From the NCBI GenBank assembly GCA_030390025.1, contig CM059432.1, positions 44,146,001 through 44,210,000 of the forward strand: 64,000 bases of DNA. Direction: 5' to 3'. Source of the DNA: Squalus acanthias (lineage: Eukaryota). Position 1 is the first letter of the stretch, and each line of letters starts with the position of its first letter. Position numbers and translations under genes: made by a program. Below are positions 14,001-27,299 of the stretch, piece by piece. A model generated the notes under the pieces. It was not told the origin of the DNA and did not search any database. It saw nothing but the letters and a program-made list of their open reading frames with translations.

Positions 14001-16060
14001 AAGGCCTTTTGGAAGTCCAGGTACACCACATCTACTGGCTCTCCCCCATCTATTTTACCAGTTACTCCCTCAAAAAATTCCAATAGATTAGTCAAGCACG
14101 ATTTACCCTTTGTAAATCCATGTTGACTCTGTCCTATCCTGTCCCCATTTGCTAAGTGCTCCGCTATTTCATCCTTAATGATGGACTCCAGCATTTTGCC
14201 CACAACTGATGTAAGGCTTACAGGTCTGTAATTACCTGCTTTTTCCCTACCCCCCTTTTTGAATAGTGGGGTAACGTTAGCTACCCTCCAATCCATGGGC
14301 ACTGTTCCCGAGTCTAATGAATTCTGAAAAATCATACTTAGTGCATCCGCTATCTCTAGGGCCACCTCCTTCAGCACCCTAGGATGCATGTTATCAGGCC
14401 CTGGGGATTTGTCCGCCTTCAATCCCTTTAGCTTCCTTAACACCATATCCTTAGAGATATTGACTTGCGTCATTTCCTCCTTTGCAAATGTCCCTATTTT
14501 TCCCGATATCCCAGGGAGGTTTTTTGTGTCTTCCTTCGTAAAGACTGACCCAAAGTATGCATTTAGTTGGTCTGCCATTTCTTTATTTCCCGTTATATAT
14601 TCCCCCGTATCTGACTGCAATGGGCCAACTTTGGTTTTCACCAGTCTTTTCCTCTTGATATACTTATAAAAGCTTTTGGAGTTAGTTTTTATATTTTCCG
14701 CCAGCTTGCTTTCGTAAGCTATTTTGCCCCTCTTGATTAAGCCCTTTGTCCTCCTTTGCTCTATCTTAAACTGTTCCCAATCTTCTGCTCTGGCGCTTTT
14801 TTTGGCTATTTTATACGCCCTATCTTTGGATTTTATGCTGTCTCTAATTTCCCCTGTTATCCACGGTTGAGTCACCTTTTTAGATTTCCTTTTATGCCAG
14901 ATTGGTATAAACAATTTTTGCAATTTTGTCATTCTATCTTTAAATGCTTGCCATTGTTTATCTACCTCCAGTCCTCCCAGGAACGTTGTCCAATCAGACC
15001 TACTCAGTTCCCGTCTAATGGCATCATAATTCCCCTTGTTTAAATTCAGGACCTTAGTATCTGAGTCAATTTCTTCGCTCTCCATTTCGAGTGAGAAATC
15101 GATCATGTTATGATCGCTCTGACCCAAGGGTCCCCGTACAACAAGATTACTAATTAGTCCCTTCTCATTGCACAGTACCCAGTCCAATATAGCCTGTTCC
15201 CGAGTTGGTTCCTCGACATATTGATCCAGATAACCATCCCTTAAACACTCAAGGAATTCCTCCTCCTCATTATTTTTACTGATTAGGCTATTCCAATCTA
15301 TATGTAAGTTAAAGTCACCTATGATGACAGCTGTGCTCTTATTGCACGCTTCTCTAATTTCCCTCGTGATGCCCTCCCCAACCTCTATTTTACTATTTGG
15401 AGGCCTATATACCACTCCTATTAATGTTTTTCGCCCCTCGCTATTTCTTAGCTCCACCCATATAGATTCTGTATTAACTGAGTTAATATCCTTCCTTTCA
15501 ATTGCATTTATCCCTTCTTTTACCAGCAATGCTACCCCTCCTCCCTTTCTTTTTTGTCGATCTTTGGTCCCTAATGGGCCCTACTCTTTCCCTGGTTATC
15601 CTCTTGCCCTTAATATACTTATAAAACACCTTGGGATTTTCCTTTATTTTGCCCGCCAGTGTTTTTTCATGCCCCCTCTTCGCTCTCCTAATTTCTTTTT
15701 TAAGTACCCCCATGCACTTTCTATACTCCTCTAGGGCTTCCACTGTTTTTAGTCCTTTGTATCTGCCAAAAGCCTCCCTTTTTTTCCTAATCCATTCTTG
15801 TATATCCCTTGACATCCAGGGATCCCTGGGCTTGTTGGTCCCACCCTTGACCTTTACGGGAAGATGTTGGCATTGTACTCTATTTCCTTTCTGAAAGACT
15901 CCCACTGCTCTGATGTGGATTTTCCTACAAGTAGCTAATCCCAGTCCACTTTGGCCAGATCCTGCCTTATCATATTAAAATCGGCCTTCCCCCAATTTAT
16001 AACCTTTATTTCCGGTCCATCTTTGTCCTTTTCCATGACTACCTTAAATCTCACCGAATT
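11080..16060 (-). mobile_element. CR1 LINE (outer, decayed) split by a younger CR1
   Basis: RT ORF pieces at 11160-12787 and 15498-15905. The outer sequence ...ccacttt (12819) resumes as ctttggtccctaatg (15562). Confidence 0.9.
12820..15557 (-). mobile_element. Young CR1 LINE with uninterrupted ORF2 (869 aa, 12920-15529), 5'-truncated in the endonuclease
   Basis: Single ORF with GVVYRPP, GDFN and SDH (APE) plus full RT motifs. (acatagat)n tail at 12820. Confidence 0.97.
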
Positions 16061-19000
16061 AAGGTGAGTATAGCTCTTCATCTCTTCACCTGTCTCACCA
16101 GCACATCACACCACCCCTTTCACCCCCTCTCCTCCAACTCTCTTCCTTCAACACACAATCTCAAGGGCACACTGGAAAACCTCTCTTTCTCATTCAAAAC
16201 ACATGTACCTCCTCCTTTCCTCTCTCCACACCACACACTAACACCATTCTCTTCTCACGTGCTAGCACTTGCACGGCCACCCACTCCTTCCTAACTACAT
16301 TACATACACTTGGCTTTACATTCATCACATCTCCATCCTTGATCTGTCTTGCTTCTGCTCCAACTATTAACGTATGCACTATATGCACGAGCCCTACATA
16401 TCTTAACTTAACCTTTTCAACAGACACTCACTAACTCTCTCCCTCTCTGCAGAATACGGGAAAGAGGACCAAAACCAGGGCTGGAGTAGCCAAGATCATC
16501 ACCCTTACCCAGACACAACAAGAAAGCCCTGGAGATCAATGGCCCAGGCAGAGTCATAAATATTGGGGAAGGCAGCTTACCTCAGAATGCTATCTACATA
16601 TTACTTGTATCCCTTCATTTACCTCAGCAAATATGCAGCAAGCCTCGGATCTTCAGGTTGCATTCCCAAGTCTGTAACCTGCGAATGTCATCATATCTGC
16701 TCTTTCGCCACACCCTCAAACAATAGCAAACTGAGCCAGACTGCCTCGGCAGCAGACGATGTGCAGCAGTGAGCAGCCGGGCCCCCTCAGGCCTGAGCGC
16801 ACAGAATTCACTGGCTACAAACATCTCAAGGGTCCTAACATGAGGAACAGCAGCCTTCCACCAACTTTGCTGAGGCCACTAGGGGATTACCTTGTAAGAG
16901 TAGTAGCTCTAGTAAACCTTCGTTAAGGGAAAGCACTATGGGTTAATCACTTGGATGAGAAATAAATGGAAGGCAATTATTATGTTTGCCATAAATTAGT
17001 CACCTTTATCACATTTGGCACTTGATCTGCAGTGTGGTTTAAAAGCAGCTTCGAAGTCTGCATTCTCAGTATGTCATTGATTCAGAAGTCTGAATGATTT
17101 AAATATTCTTTAATGCAGGATGAAGGGAGTGGGAAGGAGGTATCAAGGACTGTTAAGCAGAGGAGCTCTATGAAATTTTTCAGGGCAGGGGAATGAGGTC
17201 AGTGGAATTGCTGCGGAATTAGGTGGTCCCTGACATCTCGTGCTGCAGGTGGCCCTCATTCTTCTGCTTCCTCGCTTTCCCCCGGTCTTCCTCTTTTGAT
17301 GAGGACTGCTGCTCTGCTTTCTTCAAATGCAGGCCTCTATGTATAATGAAGTTGTGCAGGATGTAGCACACTTGCACAATCCGGGAAACTTTTTGTGGGG
17401 CATATTGTAAGGAGCCCCCAGATCTGTCATGATACCTGTACCTCTGCTTTGGCATCTCTGTTGTATGCTCAATAATGATCCTGATGGTCCCCTGGCTTCG
17501 ATTACACTTGTGTTACTCATGCGCGGTGAGGTTACAGAGGGGTGTCATCAGCCATGTCTGTAGAGGGTATCCCTTGTCCCCCAGCAGCCATCCTGCCATT
17601 GTCCTGGGAGAGTTGAATATTGGCGGAATGATAGACTGGCACAAGATAAATGTGTCCTGGCATGTGCCTTGGTACCTTGCAGAAACCTGCATGATCCTGT
17701 TTGTGATTGGCCACCAGCTGCATATTGGTGGAATGCTAACCTTTTCTATTGATGAATGTTGCTGGCTGGTGTTCTGGTGCCCTGACGGTGACATGCATGC
17801 AATCAATGACGGCTGCATGTGGGGGTAGCCAGCCACAGCTGCAAATCCCTGAGCTCCCTCCTGTTGACTGTTGAGGTCAATGGGGAAGGTGATGTACCGG
17901 ACAACCCTTGCAAACAGAGCATCGATCACTTGTTTAATGCAGCTGTGGACTACAAATTGGGAGCTGTGACTGATGTCCTCTGTACTAGACTGAAAGGAGC
18001 CAGTGGCAAAGAAGTTAAGGACTCCGGTGATTTTTAACAGCCACTGGCAGAGCCTGACCAAGCCCCCCCCCCCACCGCTTCCCCCACCGAATCCAGCAGT
18101 TCCTGCTGCAAAGGTCTGTGACAGCCTGCCTGGAGCACTGTAGTCTTCTGAGGCACAACTCTTCAGATAGGTCCAGGAAAGAGACTCTTGACCTGTCCAG
18201 GCTGTGTACTAGGTATGGCCTTTTATGAGCAGCTCCCACTTACCTGCTGTCTTTAGATAGGCACTGGTGCTGATGTTGTTGCGGCTGCTGCTCCTCTTCC
18301 TCTGAGTCTTCATCTAGGCGAAACTAGCAATAATAGCACTCGTGATAAGCAGAGAAAGCTTTCTGAAGGCGATGAGCTAAATAAAAAGTATGAAAGAAGT
18401 ATTTTTTTTTAATGAAAATCTCATAGCTTCATGGTCTTTTTTTTTTCTGATACCAGCTCTTTAAATAAACAAATAAATAAATAAATCTGGAATAAACAAT
18501 TCAAATTCTCAAACTGCCAGGGTCGGATTTCAACTCCTGTTCCCTGGATTATAGTCCAGACCTCTGGATTGCTAATCTAGTAATGTAACCACTATGCTAG
18601 CATACTCTTTGCAGAATTTATATGACCTTGTCCTTATGAGCAGCATGGCTGAGTTGATCTTCTTCCACCCCTGGATGGCAGCGTTAGCTTGTGGAACATT
18701 AAGTTGCTAGCCCTATCGGTGGCAGGGTTATCTGTTTCACTCAGATCCTTTGTTCTGTCTGAATCCACTTTACGTATGAGTGACTGAATCTGAGCTAGCT
18801 GGTTGAACTCTCATCTTGTACAGTTAAGTGTCACTTAATTTCTGGCACTGAATCTAGGTCCTGGGGGAGATGCTGTGTGCATTGACAATGTCTGCCACCT
18901 GCATTCTTGCCTGCTGTAGATGTTGCTTGGGCACCTTCCTGCCATCAAATGGGCATCTTTTACACCTCAACCAACATCTCCGCAGTTGAGTTGGAGAATG

Positions 19001-19302
19001 TAGGTGCTCTCCCTTGACTCATTCTTCACGCGTCCCATTTCTCAGTTCAGCCAAAAAAAAAGTTTCACAATTGAATGCAATCTCCCTTTGAGAGGTGCAT
19101 TCACACTGTAAATACTGAGCAGGCGCCCCAGAGGAAATCCCACCCTCTAAGTGGGAGGGCTGCTCATCACCACCATAATATAATGGTCAGCCCGACAATC
19201 AAATTTATTAAAATGGTCTGGGCCTCACACTGACTATATCGGGCGGGCCACCTATCCTGCCCGCCGCCTGCCCAAAAACTGGATGACAGATAAAATCTTC
19301 CC
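16060..19302. mobile_element. Degraded two-gene PIF/Harbinger transposon: transposase on - strand (about 17250-18250), Myb/SANT partner remnants on + strand (about 16060-16920)
   Basis: [27 protein letters not shown] and LQYAPQKVSRIVQVCYILHN. Partner intron aag|gtgagt ... ctgcag|. TIR-like end aaaatcttccc near 19302. Confidence 0.75.
18420..18605 (-). mobile_element. tRNA-derived SINE fragment
   Basis: - strand has A-box-like tagcatagtggtt and B-box-like agttgaaatcc. Similar to 34190-34565. Confidence 0.45.
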
Positions 19303-19754
19303 ATAAAAATTTCAATTGCTGAGAAAAAACGATGGATAGAAACTTTTTCAGAAAGCATCTTGAGTGATTTGTGGGTAAAGAGAGATATGAACACCCAGCA
19401 GAACACTTGAGTGTGATGTGATAGGCAAGATGTGACTTCTCAACTCCGTATTTAACATTGGTCCCAAATTTAACTCTGGGTCAGTTTTTTGCTGGGGTAG
19501 TAATGGTGTGAGTTAGAAATTCACTCTCTGCTCCAGAAATGAGGCATATGGGGTATTTTAACTCCTGGACCTCATTTAAATCCTGCTGACCGACTTCCCA
19601 CTTGTTCCGAAGTTATGAATGTTCACTTTCTATGTAGACAGAAAAGGTTGCCCAACAGGACAGCATTAGAAAATCTGTGCAATGTGTCATGGAATACATT
19701 TTCAACAGGCACCTGGCAGGATGGCTGAAAATGATTACACAATAATATCTTATA

Positions 19755-22250
19755 AGAACATAAGACGTAGGAGCAGGAGGAGGTCATTTGGCCCCTCGAG
19801 CCTGCTCCGCCAGTCAATAAGATCATGGCTAATCTGATCCTGGCCTCAACACGACTTCCCTGCCCGCTCCCCATAACCCTTGACTCCCTTACCTTTCAAA
19901 AATCTGTCTATCTCCACCTTAAATATATTCAATGACCCAGCCTCCACAGCTCTCTGGGGAAGAGAATTCCAAAGATTCACGACCCTCTGAGAAGAAATTC
20001 CTCCTAATTTCCGATTTAAAAGGGTGCCTCCTTATTCTGAAATTATGCCCCCAAGTTCTAGATTCCCCCACGAGGGGAAACATCTTCTCTGCATCTACCC
20101 TGTCAAGCCCCTTCAGAATCTTATATGTTTCAATAAGATCCCCTCTCATTCTGCTAAACTCCAATGAGTATAGGCTCAACCTTTCTTCATAAGACAACCC
20201 CTTCATCTCTGGAATCAACCTCGTGAACCTTCTCTGAACTGCCTCCAATGCAAGTATATCCTTCCTTAAATAAGGAGACTAAAACTGTATGCAGTACTCC
20301 AGGTGTGGTCTTACCAACGCCCTGTACAGTTGTAACAGGACTTCCCTGCTTTTATACTCCATACCCTTTGCAATAAAGGCCAACATTCCATTTGTCTTTC
20401 TAATTACTTGCTGTACCTGCATGCTAACTTTTTGTGATTCATGTACAAGGACCCCCAGATCCCTCTGTACCTCAGCATTTTATAATCTCAATTTAAATAA
20501 TAATTTGCTTTTTTATTTTTCCTACCAAAGTGGATAACCTCGCATTTTCCCACATTAAACTCCATCTGCCAGATTTTTGCCCACTCACTTAGCCTATCTA
20601 TATCCCTTTGGAGATTCTTTGCATCCTCCACACAATTTGCTTTCCCGCCTATCTTTGTATCATCAACAAATTTGGCTACATTACACTCGGTCGCTTCATC
20701 CAAGTCATTATAATATAGATTGTAAATAGTTGAGGCCCCAGCACTAATCCCTGCAGCACCCCACTAGTAACAGTTTGCCAACCTGACAATGACCCCTGTA
20801 TCCCGACTCTCTCTTTTCTGTCAGTTAGCCAATCCTCAACCCCATGAGCTCTTATCTTGTGTAGTAACCTTTTATGTGGCACCTTATTGAATGCCTTCTG
20901 GAAATCCAAATACACGACATCTACTGGTTCCCCTTTATCCACCCTGCTCGTTACATCCTCAAAGAACTCCAGCAAATTTGTCAAACATGATTTCCCTTTC
21001 ATAAAACCATGCTGACTCTGCTTGACTATATTATGATTTTCTAAATGTACTGCTACCACTTCCTTGATGATGGACTCCAGCATTTTCCCAATGACAGATG
21101 TTAGGCTAACTGGTCGATAGTTGCTTGCTTTCTGTCTCCCTCCTTTCTTAAATAGGGGCCTTACATTTGCGGTTTTCCAGTCCGCTGGGACCTCTCCAGA
21201 ATCCAGGGAATTTTGGTAGATTACAACCAATGCATCCACTATCTCTGCAGCCACCTCTTTTAAGACTCTAGGATGCAGGCCATCGGGTCCAGGGGACTTG
21301 TCCACCTTTAGTCCCATTAGTTTGCCTAGTACTTTCTCTCTAGTGATAGTGATTGTTTTAAGTTTCCCCCCCCCCCCCACCCCCCAATAGCCCCTTGATT
21401 ATCCATTATTGGGATGCTTTTAGTGTCTTCTTCCATGAAGACCGATACAAAATATTTGTTCAAAGTCTTTGCCATTTCCCTGTTACCCATTATTAATTCC
21501 CCAGACTCATCCTCTAGGGGACCAACATTTACTTTAGCTACTCTCTTCCTTTTTATATACCTGTAGAAGCTCTCACTGTTTTTATATTTCTTGCTAGCTT
21601 ACTCTCATAAGCTATCTTCTCTCTATCATTTTTTAGTTGTCCTTTGCTGGTTTTTAAAAATTTCCCAATCCTCTGACCTTTCACTATTCTTCGCAACATT
21701 GTATGCTTTTGTTTTCAATTTGATACCATCCTTTACTTCCTTAGTTAGCCACGGATGGTTCATCCTTCTCTTAGAGTCTTTCTTTCTCACTGGAATATAT
21801 CTTTGCTGAGAGTTATGAAATATCTACTTAAATGTTTGCCACTGCTTTTCTACAGTCTTACCCTGTAATATATTTTCCCAGTCCACTTTAACCAAGTCTG
21901 CCTTCATACCTTTGTAATTACCTTTGTTTAAGTTCAGGACACTAGTTTGAGACCTAGCTTTCTCACCCTCAAACTGAATTTGAAATTCTACCATGCTATG
22001 ATCACTCTTCCCAAGAGGATCCTTCACTTCGAGATCATTAATTAATCCAGCCTTGTTACACATTACTAGATCTAAAATGGTCTTCTCCCTGGTTGGTTCC
22101 ACAACATATTGTTCCAAGAAACTATCCCGTATACACTCTAAAAACTCTTCCTCAAGTCTACCTTTGCCAATTTGCTTTGTCCATTCAATATGAAGATTAA
22201 AATCTCCCATGATTATAGTCGTACCTTTCTTACAAGCCTCTATTATTTCT
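19755..22250 (-). mobile_element. CR1 LINE, decayed ORF2 (endonuclease to RT)
   Basis: ORFs from 21824-22210 (GDFN, SDH) through 19919-20248, with a CR1 3' tail near 19755. Confidence 0.93.
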
Positions 22251-22322
22251 TCCTATTTTTGCACTTCTTTTACTTCTGCATTGTGCTGTGAATGGATATT
22301 GTGGATTTGTTTCTGTCTATTT

Positions 22323-22338
22323 GCCAGAAGGTGGCAGT
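22323..22338 (+). promoter_or_regulatory. Candidate CTCF binding site
   Basis: gccagaaggtggcagt matches the CTCF core CCASYAGRKGGCRS with one mismatch and lies in unique sequence. Confidence 0.45.
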
Positions 22339-23879
22339 ATTAGCAGCAATGATTGTCAAAGCTGTAAAAGCAAGCTGGAGGATGGTTTGAATTACAATTG
22401 TATTGAAATGACTTTTTGTACAAGGTCAGCAAATGTTCAGCAAGCCAGAGTGCCTCTGTCGCACCATGATGGAAGCTGTATAGAGAGAACAAAGGGTAAG
22501 TTTACTATGATCTGTATCCTACATCTCAATTTAAATATACACTTGTGTATTCTGTTTATCATTCAAGTACTTTTGCAGTGAATTTGTTTCTTTATGGTTA
22601 TTTTGTCATGTTTTGGTTTTGCAAGTTATTTTCACAATGAAAAAGCCTACTCAAGTAGGAAACTATTAATACTAATGGGTCATATTTCTAAAAGACTGGT
22701 ACTGTAGTTCTACAAAGTTCTCCTGTTTGATCATTACCTCTTCATGGTAACTTTATAGGACCAATAATAATTTGAATAGTATTATGGCAAGGATAGAGTT
22801 GAAAATTTAATTCCAGGATTTAGGTCAGATATATTTAAATTCTTTGAGTATTCACAGATTGCAGTATTCGTTGGGAATGATTTTCCTGATGAAAAACGCT
22901 CCATCTGTGCCACTTTCCTGGCATGGCCAGGAAACGAATAATAGCATTTAAATTTTAAGTGACATGATAACACCTCTTGCACCAGTTTCCGGGGTTTCTG
23001 CCTGGCCTCTGCCAAAGAAGAGCACCAAGAGAAAATGTATGTTTAGAGGTTGCCAGCCAGCCCTTCATACTGAAAACTGGCTGCCAGAAACCTTGTCGGA
23101 CCTCCAGTAAGACAAGTTTTTAATTTTTTTTGTGTACCAGTATAGATGATTAGCAGGTTTGGAGGCTAGTTGGCCACTGTATGTGGCAGCAACCAGCAGC
23201 CCTCAATGTTACCACTGGAAACTAAAATGTACCTATTTTAGCATAAATAGCTCCATTTTATAATCACAAACTCCTCAAATATACCAGAAGAAATTACCAT
23301 GTGCAATAAAAATACATTAAAAAGTTGCTTTTAAGCAGTTTTGGGGAGTGTTACCAGAAAATTATACTTCTCATAAATTATAAAGTGTAAGAGAGATCAC
23401 ATCAAAACATACAGGAAAATATTAACTGTCTGAAGAAAAACTCATTTTTCTACTGAGATTTTTTGTTTGGTGTTTTTTTTTCCCTGTTTTTAAGATGTAG
23501 GATGTCAGTGCTGAGGAATGGAACACTTTTTGTACCCAGCATCAAGCATTTGTAGGTCAGTTGCAGCATGAAACAGGTGCAGAGTGAAGCTCTGTAATTT
23601 TACCCCAGCAATGCACCATGGAAGGCACCGCACCTGGTTTTCAGACCTAAGCCTCCAATATGGTGGGCAGGCAGCGCATGCTCATTGAGAGCCGGACGTG
23701 TGCCACCCGCCATATTGGTGTAGGTAAAGCAATTAGCATCAAGGATCCACGCCTCAAATAGGCTTTAGGCCCTTTGTATATTGAAATAAGTGACCTAATG
23801 CCGGTTTGTGGCCCCCTCTGCAATATTGTAAAAGCAGGTCTACATGCGGCCTAATAGTGGCCCTATCCCTAGCTTAATT

Positions 23880-25150
23880 TTGCCTTTTTGTTTATTTATG
23901 TGTCTATAGAATACTTTACTATTTATTTTCCTAATCTTTGACAATTTCAATTCATAATCCCTCTTTGCCTTCCTAATTTTTTTTAAACTTCTTTCCTAAC
24001 CTCTTCCTATCCCCTTTTGTCATCCTCTCTTATTGCCTATGTTCTTAGTGTATACTTTATTCTTCAGATTCAATTTTACCCTTATCTCTTTATTTAACCA
24101 TGGTGTCTCATTATTAGCTAGTTTGTTCTTGTTTTTTAGTGGATTATATTTCTTCTGAACTCTCGATCACGTTTTAAAATATTTCCCACTGCTGTTCTAT
24201 CTCTTTGTCAATATTTTTTCCAGTTTACCTTCCTTAGTTCCATCATCATCCCCTCAGAATTAGCCTTTTTCCAATCTATTACTTTGGTCTTGTCTTACTT
24301 GTGTCTCTCTCAATCATTATCTTAAACCTTATTATGTTGTGATTGCTATTGCCTAGATGATTCCCTATGCTTACTTTCCTTATCTGCTCTGGTTCATTTC
24401 ACATTTAGATCCAGCAGTGATTCCTCTCTTTGGTTTATGATATACTGGGTAAGAACGGAGTCCTGTACACACTAAAAATTCCATTCTCTTTTACTACCTC
24501 TTGCCAGTTTATTTGGGGGTAGTTGAAATCTCCCATGATTATATTCTATATCTTTTTTACGCATTTCAGAGATTTGCCTCCAGTTTTCTCCCCACCACCC
24601 CCTAACTTCCCTTCTACTATTAGGTGGTCTGCAGTACACCCCCATTAGCTTGATCAATTACTTCTTAACCTTTATCTCAATCCATATGGATTCTGTTTCT
24701 ATCTTAATGTTAGTTATGCCCCTTTTTTCTACTGCCATTATGTTATCTCTAATTAATATAGCTACCCCACCACCCCTTCTTCCTTCCCTCTCCTTTCTAA
24801 ATATGTTATATGCTGCAATATTTAACTACCAATCCTATTCTTTATGCAGCCATGTGTCAGTTATCCCTCCTACATCTGGTTACTCGCTGTGAATTATTGT
24901 CAGCAGTTCCCCCATTTTGTTTTGGATGTTGTATACAAAGTTGTACAGACAATTTTTTATTAATAGTTACTCTTACTTTATTTTTAAGTTATTTCATACC
25001 TATAATCTGTAACTGTATCTGATCTCTGACCATTTATGTGACACATTCCTTTCCTTGGACTGACTTTTACTTTCATATCTTATTTCTTTTATATTTAAGC
25101 TACTGTTATTTCTAACAAATCCCTTCCCCATCTTACTAGTTTAAAGTCTT
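23880..25150 (-). mobile_element. Old CR1 fragment (endonuclease region)
   Basis: MGVYCRPPNS and GDFN-like remnants with many stops. Confidence 0.7.
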
Positions 25151-25179
25151 ATCTGCAGCCATATTTATTCTTTCCTGAG

Positions 25180-27200
25180 GGCCGCTGTTAGCATCGCAGT
25201 GGCCCAATCTTCGAGTCCTCTTCGTCGGCGAGCTGCATGGGGACGCCCATTGGGTGTCCACGGTCACTGGCTCGATAATAATGAGGCCTAATATGATGTG
25301 AACCTTGGGCCTATCCATTCAGGCAGAGGGAGCACACCCTGCACAACCATTTTTGGGCAAGCTCAAATTTCTAGACCAGAATTCCTAGATATAACAGATG
25401 GGATTCCTTCAGCCGACATGTAGGATTTGTGTCTAAAAAGGGGAAATGGTTGTTGGGAGGGATGGCTCCAGCCTACACTGACTTGTCAATAAGCACCCGA
25501 GAGGGGGAGTCAGTCTCAAGGCAGGCACACCTCTTACAAAGCCTCTCAAATTAGATTAAGCATATGATGATACGGCCTGGTAGGTGCCTTTTGGATATGG
25601 CTATCTAAAACATCAAGGTGGCTGGTAAATCACTCTGCATAGCTCTTTCCATCATGTTGAAAGTGGAAGTTCATCATATAGCTGATGACAATTTCCGGAA
25701 TGTATTATTTGGAGGCCAGGTATGAGTATATATGCTCATACATCCACAATTTGGTACCCATCATGATTGCACTGCAGAAGCAAGTAACTGTTGCTGAAGC
25801 TCTCCATCTCCAACTGGTGGAACCAGTATTAAATAGGGTATGATGTATATCTATGCTATGGTCAGGAGGATGGTGGCCAATTTATTCACTAATTTTATTG
25901 TAAGTTGTGCCGCTTACCCTATTGCTCATGATGTTTCCTGGTACCTGTTGTCCAACTAGTAAGAGCTTCAACTCACAGTTGCTAGTTGTGTATTTACTAT
26001 TCTTCCTTGGAGAGTGGAAATAAGCAGGGTCTCTTTGCAGTTGAATTGGTTTCAAGGTGACATGTCTGTTAATGAAAGATGGGAACTGAGTCATTCCTCC
26101 GTGACAGACTTGATGATGATACCTAACTCAGACCGTAGTCCGGGGTACTTTTGATGAATGATCAGCCAGTGTGGCTCATTAATGGTGCTTCAAGTGGTGG
26201 ACCTATTATGAGGGATCAATAGGTAGAGTGGGTCTAGTTGGACAAGCTGCAGGAAGCTTACTGGTGCTTTGGATTGTGTGGTTTTAGCTTGGTGAAATGC
26301 AACAATACCCCTGTTCACACTTGGAGGTCCCCAAGCCATGCCACTTGGATTTAGGTAAGTAGTATTTGTCCCTATGTAAGAAGGGTTTCTGGAGATGCAG
26401 TGGGACAGATAGGAATGGAAAATGCAAATGCATGAAGGTGGTTCACTAAGGACAAAAGAAAAAACACTGTGTAGTGTCTTGAATGAGGGCTTTAATTAAC
26501 CAGATATCCAAATAAAGTAACGTGTGGGTGCCTCAGTCTTAAACACTTGGGATGGTGCAGGAGATGGAATGAGAACCTCATATCAATAGTGAACTTCTAC
26601 GTTGAATAACAAGTACATTCTGCGTTCCAGGAATCCCAATGTGAAAGTACCATCATCGAAGTCTACTGTGTCATCCCTGGATTCACTAGAGTAGTGTTAC
26701 CATCTTGAACTTTTCCTTGGGTCCAGATTAAATCAGAATTTTTCCTTTTGAGGACTACAAATTAATAGCGGTATAAAGTGGTACAATAACTACATTTTCT
26801 TGGCTTTCTCTGGGAAAGCCAATGTTTCTTCACCTCTACCAAATAATTGTTTATAGACTGAGAACTCAACATCCCAAGAAAGTAATTACCTTGAATCTTA
26901 GGGGAGTTTCTGTATATTTAGGAGATAACCTTCCTTTACATGCACCTTTACCTAGTCCTTTGAAAGGGTAATATCCCATCAAAAAGATATATTGTATACC
27001 TCTAAGGACTGTTCGAGAAATAAAACTTGGAGCTGTTGTCTCTGTACCAGAAATGAAAGTTCTAGAGGCAGAGTCTTTCACATAGATTTATGAGAGGAAA
27101 TGATACTCACAGACAACACACGATGTTACAGTTGCAGATTCTGGAAAAGCTGTCTGTTTGTTACAAAATGGAATCTTTAATATAAAATGGATCCTTTAAT
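25180..27200 (+). pseudogene. Decayed protein-coding tract A, candidate endogenous paramyxovirus-like element (N-like then M-like)
   Basis: + strand remnants LVGAFWIWLSKT (25577), YICSYIHNLVPIMIAL...AEALHLQL...MLWSGG (25727-25870) and MFLHL...GVSVYL...KKIYCIPL...DVTVADSGK (26822-27148). Homologous to tract B. Confidence 0.45.
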
Positions 27201-27299
27201 ACCACCTTTCCTGCTAGCATTTGTAATAAGGACCCTGCTTATTCACCTGCTAAAGAGTCTGAGTTTTTCTAATCTTTCCTCCTAGTTCAGTTAGGACCC

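Noticed and set aside
22288..22581. 97-aa ORF with a good gtaagt donor near 22496
   Set aside because: No recognisable protein and no convincing acceptor or partner exon. It could be a non-coding exon but is unsupported.
25380..25880. Resemblance to Merlin/IS1016 transposase (YNR...GKWLLGG...WSGGW)
   Set aside because: Motif spacing is far too long, and no VNH motif or TIRs are seen.
25400..26500. - strand reading of tracts A/B (DSP.RV, PP.NHF, NTGSTSW; ORF 25882-26094)
   Set aside because: Probably the antisense shadow of conserved codons. The + strand gives longer conserved blocks and an ordered motif set.
27261..27274. ttagaaaaact on the - strand resembling a paramyxovirus gene-end/intergenic signal
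   Set aside because: Wrong strand relative to the coding remnants, and short enough to arise by chance.
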